A stretch of 64,000 bases of DNA from Nostoc sp. DedSLP01. Lineage in GTDB: Bacteria > Cyanobacteriota > Cyanobacteriia > Cyanobacteriales > Nostocaceae. This document shows positions 59,854 to 64,000 of the stretch, in pieces (within the stretch, counting starts at the first letter, position 1; each line of letters opens with the position of its first letter). The stretch is from assembly GCA_034530875.2 (NCBI GenBank), contig JAVRCJ020000026.1, positions 1 through 64,000 of the forward strand, in the 5' to 3' direction. A program made the translations under genes and the position numbers. The notes beneath the pieces are model-generated. The model ran no database searches and was not told the DNA's origin. It was given only the letters and a program-made list of their open reading frames with translations.

Positions 59854-60465
59854 TTAACTATTAATAATCCCTACAAGTATTTTTACAAGTAACGATAAAT
59901 CTTGTGGAACTTGATAGCGTTTATGGTCTTGAGTCACCTGACGATTTGCACGATGATAAACTCCAAAACGCCAGTCTTCACCTGTTGTAACTGCTCCATA
60001 TAGAAGTTCAGATGCAGATTTAGTCCATGCGTCAAGTGCAATTAATTCAATTGCAAGTTGAGTAAATCCTCTAACTAAATCTGATTGTTTTGCTTCAATG
60101 ACTAATAAATTTTGAGGCGCTGCAATATAATAGTCGAGAGTGCCTTTGAGATAATCGTTGATAGCAATAGAATATTCTATATTAAGTCGTTGATTAGTTA
60201 AACTACAAACCTCAAACAAAATTGGGCCAATTAAAGCTTCACGTCTAGCAGTTTCATTAACTAAATCGATATGAGATAAATTACGCTGCAACTGCTGTTG
60301 TAAAAACTGTAAATTAAAAAAATCTGAAGATTCGGGTAAAGTTAGATTCTTCCTTTCAAGAGTGCAATTTAAATCCGCTAAAATATCATCAATAGTAAAG
60401 GGCAATTCAAAATATCGGCTAAAAGTATAAGATTCACCAGCTTTGAGGATACGGCGGGAATTCAT
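59854..60465 (-). CDS. PD-(D/E)XK-fold hypothetical protein (HSDR_N-like)
   Basis: NETARRE, GTLDY, VIEAK and YGAVTTGEDWRF motifs. Confidence 0.75.
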   Translation of the reverse strand: MNSRRILKAGESYTFSRYFELPFTIDDILADLNCTLERKNLTLPESSDFFNLQFLQQQLQRNLSHIDLVNETARREALIGPILFEVCSLTNQRLNIEYSIAINDYLKGTLDYYIAAPQNLLVIEAKQSDLVRGFTQLAIELIALDAWTKSASELLYGAVTTGEDWRFGVYHRANRQVTQDHKRYQVPQDLSLLVKILVGIINS

Positions 60466-60554
60466 AAAACAGCCAAGCCAAGTTGATTCTACTTAATTCT
60501 ATACAAATTAGCTGAGGTGTTACGAGAAATCGGCAGATGTTTGCAACCCAGTCA

Positions 60555-60719
60555 GAGGTTGTTTGAAAAGTGTTTTGCTGTGATTTTAGGCACGTTTAGA
60601 TCCCCCCCTAGCCCCCCCTTAAAAAGGGGGGAACTGGAATCAAAGTCCCCCTTTTTAAGGGGGATTTAGGGGGATCTAGAACTTTTCAATACCGACTAGA
60701 GGACTTTTCAAACATCCTC
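60555..60719. mobile_element. MITE with 16-bp TIRs and a 3-bp TCA target duplication
   Basis: TCA|GAGGTTGTTTGAAAAG...CTTTTCAAACATCCTC|TCA, with nested C/G-run palindromes inside. Confidence 0.75.
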
Positions 60720-60882
60720 TCAGAGCTTGTTGATAAAGGGGAGCGATCGCTACTCTAGAAATAGGCACGATTAAACATCACTTATTTTACTTTGCTTTGT
60801 GAAACCATTCCTAAATGTGGAGTGCTTTTCGGCTACTTTTCGGCTTATGATTTGAAGGCTATCGGACTTGTAGCCAGATCGA

Positions 60883-63378
60883 ATGTTACGACTTCTCTTG
60901 ATTGATGACAATCCGAACGATCGCCTTTTAGCAATTCGGCAATTAGAACGCGAGTTTTCTGACCTCCAAGTAGAACAAGTTGCCACAGCACAAGACTTTG
61001 CTCGAGCATTGGAGAGAGGAGAATTTAACTTGGTTGTCACCGATTATCAATTGCGCTGGAGTAATGGCATAGAAGTACTCCACGCAATTAAAGCTAGTTA
61101 TCCTAACTGTCCAACGATCATGTTTACCAACAGCGGTACTCAAGAAATTGCTGTGGAGGCAATGAAATCTGGATTGGATGACTACGTGATCAAATCTCCT
61201 CAGCACCAGGTACGCTTAACAGTAGCAGTGCGATCGGCACTAGAACGAGCTGAAGCTCGCCAAAAAGCCGCAAATTTAGAAATTCGCTTTCAAACTTTGC
61301 TCAACAACTTAAATGTTGGCATTTATCGGGCAACTTTCGACGGTTCTTTATTGGAATGCAACCCAGCATTTCTACGTTTGATTGGGTTGGGAAGTTTACC
61401 TCAAGAACAAGCAAGTAGGTTCATAGAGCTTTATTTTCAGCCAGACGATTATACTCAGCTAATTAACCAACTGCGAGAAAATGGTGAAGTGCGCGACCAA
61501 GAAATCCAATTGCGCCGAGTTGATGGAAGTTTGATTTGGGTGCGCGTGAGTAAAACCTTCACTAAAATTGATGGCAACGCTATCATCGATGGCTTGGTAG
61601 AAGATATTAGCGATCGCAAACGAGTAGAGTTAGAACGAGAGCAATTACTCATCAGCGAACAAGCTGCCCGTATGGAAGCTGAGGCAGAAAAGCAAAATTA
61701 CAGTTTGCTATCTGAAGCTAGCCGCTTGTTGGTATCTTCCCTCGATTACCGCATAAATCTGACAAAATTAGCAAACTTGATAGTTCCGACTTTAGCTGAT
61801 TGCTGTCTCATTGATATTGTTGACGCTAATTTAACAGTATTTGAAGAACCAGTTGTTGCAGCAACTACTCCTGAAAAAGAAGCATTAGCCCTCGTACTCA
61901 GAAGATTTTATTCCACCTCATCTGAGGCTGATTTTGGTGTGAGAAAGGTTTTACTTACAGGAGAACCAGAATTAGTTACTGATGCGACAGCGGATTCTTC
62001 TTTATTAGCGATGAAGCAGGATGCAGAAACCCAACGGTTGATGCGCCAGATCGATATCCAATCCTATATAATTGTGCCGCTAGTCGTCGGCGATGCCTAC
62101 GGTGGGCTGCGTTTACGCAAGCTAGGTACGATTACTCTCATTAGCACCCAACATAACCGTCGCTACAATCATCAGAATTTAAATATGGCTCAAGCCCTGG
62201 CTCAGCGGGCAGCCATAGCAATTGAAAATGCTCGGCTTTACCAGCAAGCAATAGATGCAAATCGCATTAAAGATGAGTTTCTCGCGGTTCTCTCTCACGA
62301 AATCAGAACTCCTTTAAATCCGATTTTGGGTTGGGCAAAACTTCTGCGTACCAACAAGCTAAATCCACAAAAGACTGCTTTAGCTTTGGAAACTATAGAA
62401 CGTAATGCAAAGTTACAAACTAGACTCATTGAAGACTTGTTAGATATCTCCCGCATCTTGCGAGGTAAACTCAGTCTCAATATTTGCCCAGTTGATTTGG
62501 CAACCATTATTCGAGCCGCGATGGAAACAGTACGGTTGTCAGCAGAAGCGAAATTGATTCAAATTAGCTCCAATCTCGATCCTAGTGTTGGTCAAGTGTT
62601 TGGCGATGCAGGGCGCTTGCAACAAATCGTCTGGAATCTCATCTCCAACGCGATTAAATTTACCCCTGAAGGCGGGAAAGTAGAGATTTATTTAGAACAA
62701 ATCGATTCTCAAGTTCAAATTAGAGTTAGAGATACAGGTAAAGGAATCAACCCAAATTTTCTGCCATTCGTGTTTGAAACCTTCCGCCAAGCTGATAGTG
62801 CAACCACTAGAAAATTTGGTGGCTTAGGTTTGGGATTAGCAATTGTCCGTTATTTAGTAGAAATGCATGGTGGAACTGTCTTTGCAGAAAGTTTAGGTGA
62901 AAATCAGGGAGCAACCTTTGTTGTCAAGTTGCCGATGATACTTACTGATGCAGTTGACTCTGGCAAAGAAAGCGATGTAATAGCTACTGATACTTCAGCT
63001 TTTAAAGATTTGAAAATCGTAGTTGTAGATGACGATCCTGATTCCCTAGAGTTAATTACCTTCCTACTCGAACAATATGGAGCCACTGTCACCGCGGTGT
63101 CATCAGCAACAGAAGTACTGGAAATTGTGCCAAAGTCGCAACCAGATTTACTCGTCAGCGATATCGGAATGCCAGAAATGGACGGCTATATGTTAATTAG
63201 ACATATTAGGTCAATGGGTCGCGAACAAGGAGGAGAAATTTTAGCGATCGCTCTCACAGCGTATGCTGGAGAAACTAACGAACAGCAAGCGATTGAAGCA
63301 GGTTTCCAAGCTCATATTAGCAAGCCAATAGATCCAGCGCAGTTAATCGAAACCATTGCTGGCTTAATGTCAAAATAA
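60883..63378 (+). CDS. Hybrid histidine kinase REC-PAS-GAF-HisKA-HATPase-REC
   Basis: LIDD receiver, KDEFLAVLSHEIRTPL, GGLGLGL and C-terminal SDIGMPEMDG receiver. Confidence 0.92.
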   Translation: MLRLLLIDDNPNDRLLAIRQLEREFSDLQVEQVATAQDFARALERGEFNLVVTDYQLRWSNGIEVLHAIKASYPNCPTIMFTNSGTQEIAVEAMKSGLDDYVIKSPQHQVRLTVAVRSALERAEARQKAANLEIRFQTLLNNLNVGIYRATFDGSLLECNPAFLRLIGLGSLPQEQASRFIELYFQPDDYTQLINQLRENGEVRDQEIQLRRVDGSLIWVRVSKTFTKIDGNAIIDGLVEDISDRKRVELEREQLLISEQAARMEAEAEKQNYSLLSEASRLLVSSLDYRINLTKLANLIVPTLADCCLIDIVDANLTVFEEPVVAATTPEKEALALVLRRFYSTSSEADFGVRKVLLTGEPELVTDATADSSLLAMKQDAETQRLMRQIDIQSYIIVPLVVGDAYGGLRLRKLGTITLISTQHNRRYNHQNLNMAQALAQRAAIAIENARLYQQAIDANRIKDEFLAVLSHEIRTPLNPILGWAKLLRTNKLNPQKTALALETIERNAKLQTRLIEDLLDISRILRGKLSLNICPVDLATIIRAAMETVRLSAEAKLIQISSNLDPSVGQVFGDAGRLQQIVWNLISNAIKFTPEGGKVEIYLEQIDSQVQIRVRDTGKGINPNFLPFVFETFRQADSATTRKFGGLGLGLAIVRYLVEMHGGTVFAESLGENQGATFVVKLPMILTDAVDSGKESDVIATDTSAFKDLKIVVVDDDPDSLELITFLLEQYGATVTAVSSATEVLEIVPKSQPDLLVSDIGMPEMDGYMLIRHIRSMGREQGGEILAIALTAYAGETNEQQAIEAGFQAHISKPIDPAQLIETIAGLMSK

Positions 63379-63408
63379 TTTCTAGTTAATGACACCAGCA
63401 GGTAACCA

Positions 63409-64000
63409 ATGCAGAGTAGAAATCATTCCTGGCAAAAAAGCTACGGTATTGCTGTACTCTTCAGTGGTTTGGCAGTATTATTTTCTCTACTTGTATCGCC
63501 ATTCATAGAAAATATTACTTTTTCAGTATTTTTTGCAGCCGTGGTGCTGAGTTCGTGGTATGGAAATCGCGGCTCGGGTTTATTCGCAACCCTGTTATGT
63601 AGTTTAGCGATCGCTTACTTTTTTCTTTGGCCAACTTATTCAGTGAGTATTGTAACGCTGGATGCGTTTATTCGTTTGGGATTATTTGCCATCGTATCGG
63701 TACTCAGTAGTGAATTGAATGCTGCTTGGAGACGCACAGAGTTAAAGCTGCGAGAAAGTGAAACTCGCTATCGTGAAATGGCAGAGGCGGTACAGAAGTA
63801 TGCCAACGAACTAGAGCAACGAGTCAGCGACAGGACAGCCGCCCTAGTGGAAGCCAACAAAGAACTAGAAACCTTTGGCTATTCAGTCTCCCATGACTTA
63901 CGCGCTCCATTGCGGGCAATGCAAGGTTTAGCTGAAGCCCTACAGGAAGATTATAGCGATCGATTAGACAGCCAAGGTCAAGACTATATTCAAAGGATTG
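63409..64000 (+). CDS. DUF4118-type membrane sensor histidine kinase (partial, runs off the window)
   Basis: Manual translation: MQSRNHSW...FFAAVVLSSWYG...ELETFGYSVSHDLRAPLRAMQG. Absent from the ORF track because it has no stop in the window. Confidence 0.85.
   Translation, partial: MQSRNHSWQKSYGIAVLFSGLAVLFSLLVSPFIENITFSVFFAAVVLSSWYGNRGSGLFATLLCSLAIAYFFLWPTYSVSIVTLDAFIRLGLFAIVSVLSSELNAAWRRTELKLRESETRYREMAEAVQKYANELEQRVSDRTAALVEANKELETFGYSVSHDLRAPLRAMQGLAEALQEDYSDRLDSQGQDYIQRI

Overview
64 kb of a cyanobacterial chromosome, probably Nostocales (abundant HIP1 GCGATCGC octamers, STRR heptamer repeats, an HLIP, a phytochrome). Most of it is housekeeping and signalling: truB, rlmB, mini-RNase III, carA, trpD, a phytochrome-Rcp-hybrid kinase operon, several histidine kinases and TA-like pairs. 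The centrepiece (14.8-28.7 kb) is a complete class 1 CRISPR-Cas locus. It has a 20-repeat array, a leader, cas2-cas1-cas4-cas6 and a divergent WYL regulator, all of cyanobacterial I-D style. The effector module is atypical: an intact HD+helicase Cas3, an I-A/I-B-like Cas5, a Csc2-like Cas7 and an HD-less Zn-finger large subunit with a probable internal Cas11 start. Upstream lie a DUF433-YhcG fusion, a 68-aa ORF and a separate two-repeat mini-CRISPR with its own terminator. The mini-CRISPR spacer aligns, with gaps, to a GTC-flanked TATAAT site about 110 bp away, which suggests an RNA-guided regulatory or addiction module. A second candidate system is a dynamin-like GTPase + atypical Hsp70 + GrpE-like operon (45.0-51.8 kb). 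All calls are from motif reading by eye; no database searches were run.
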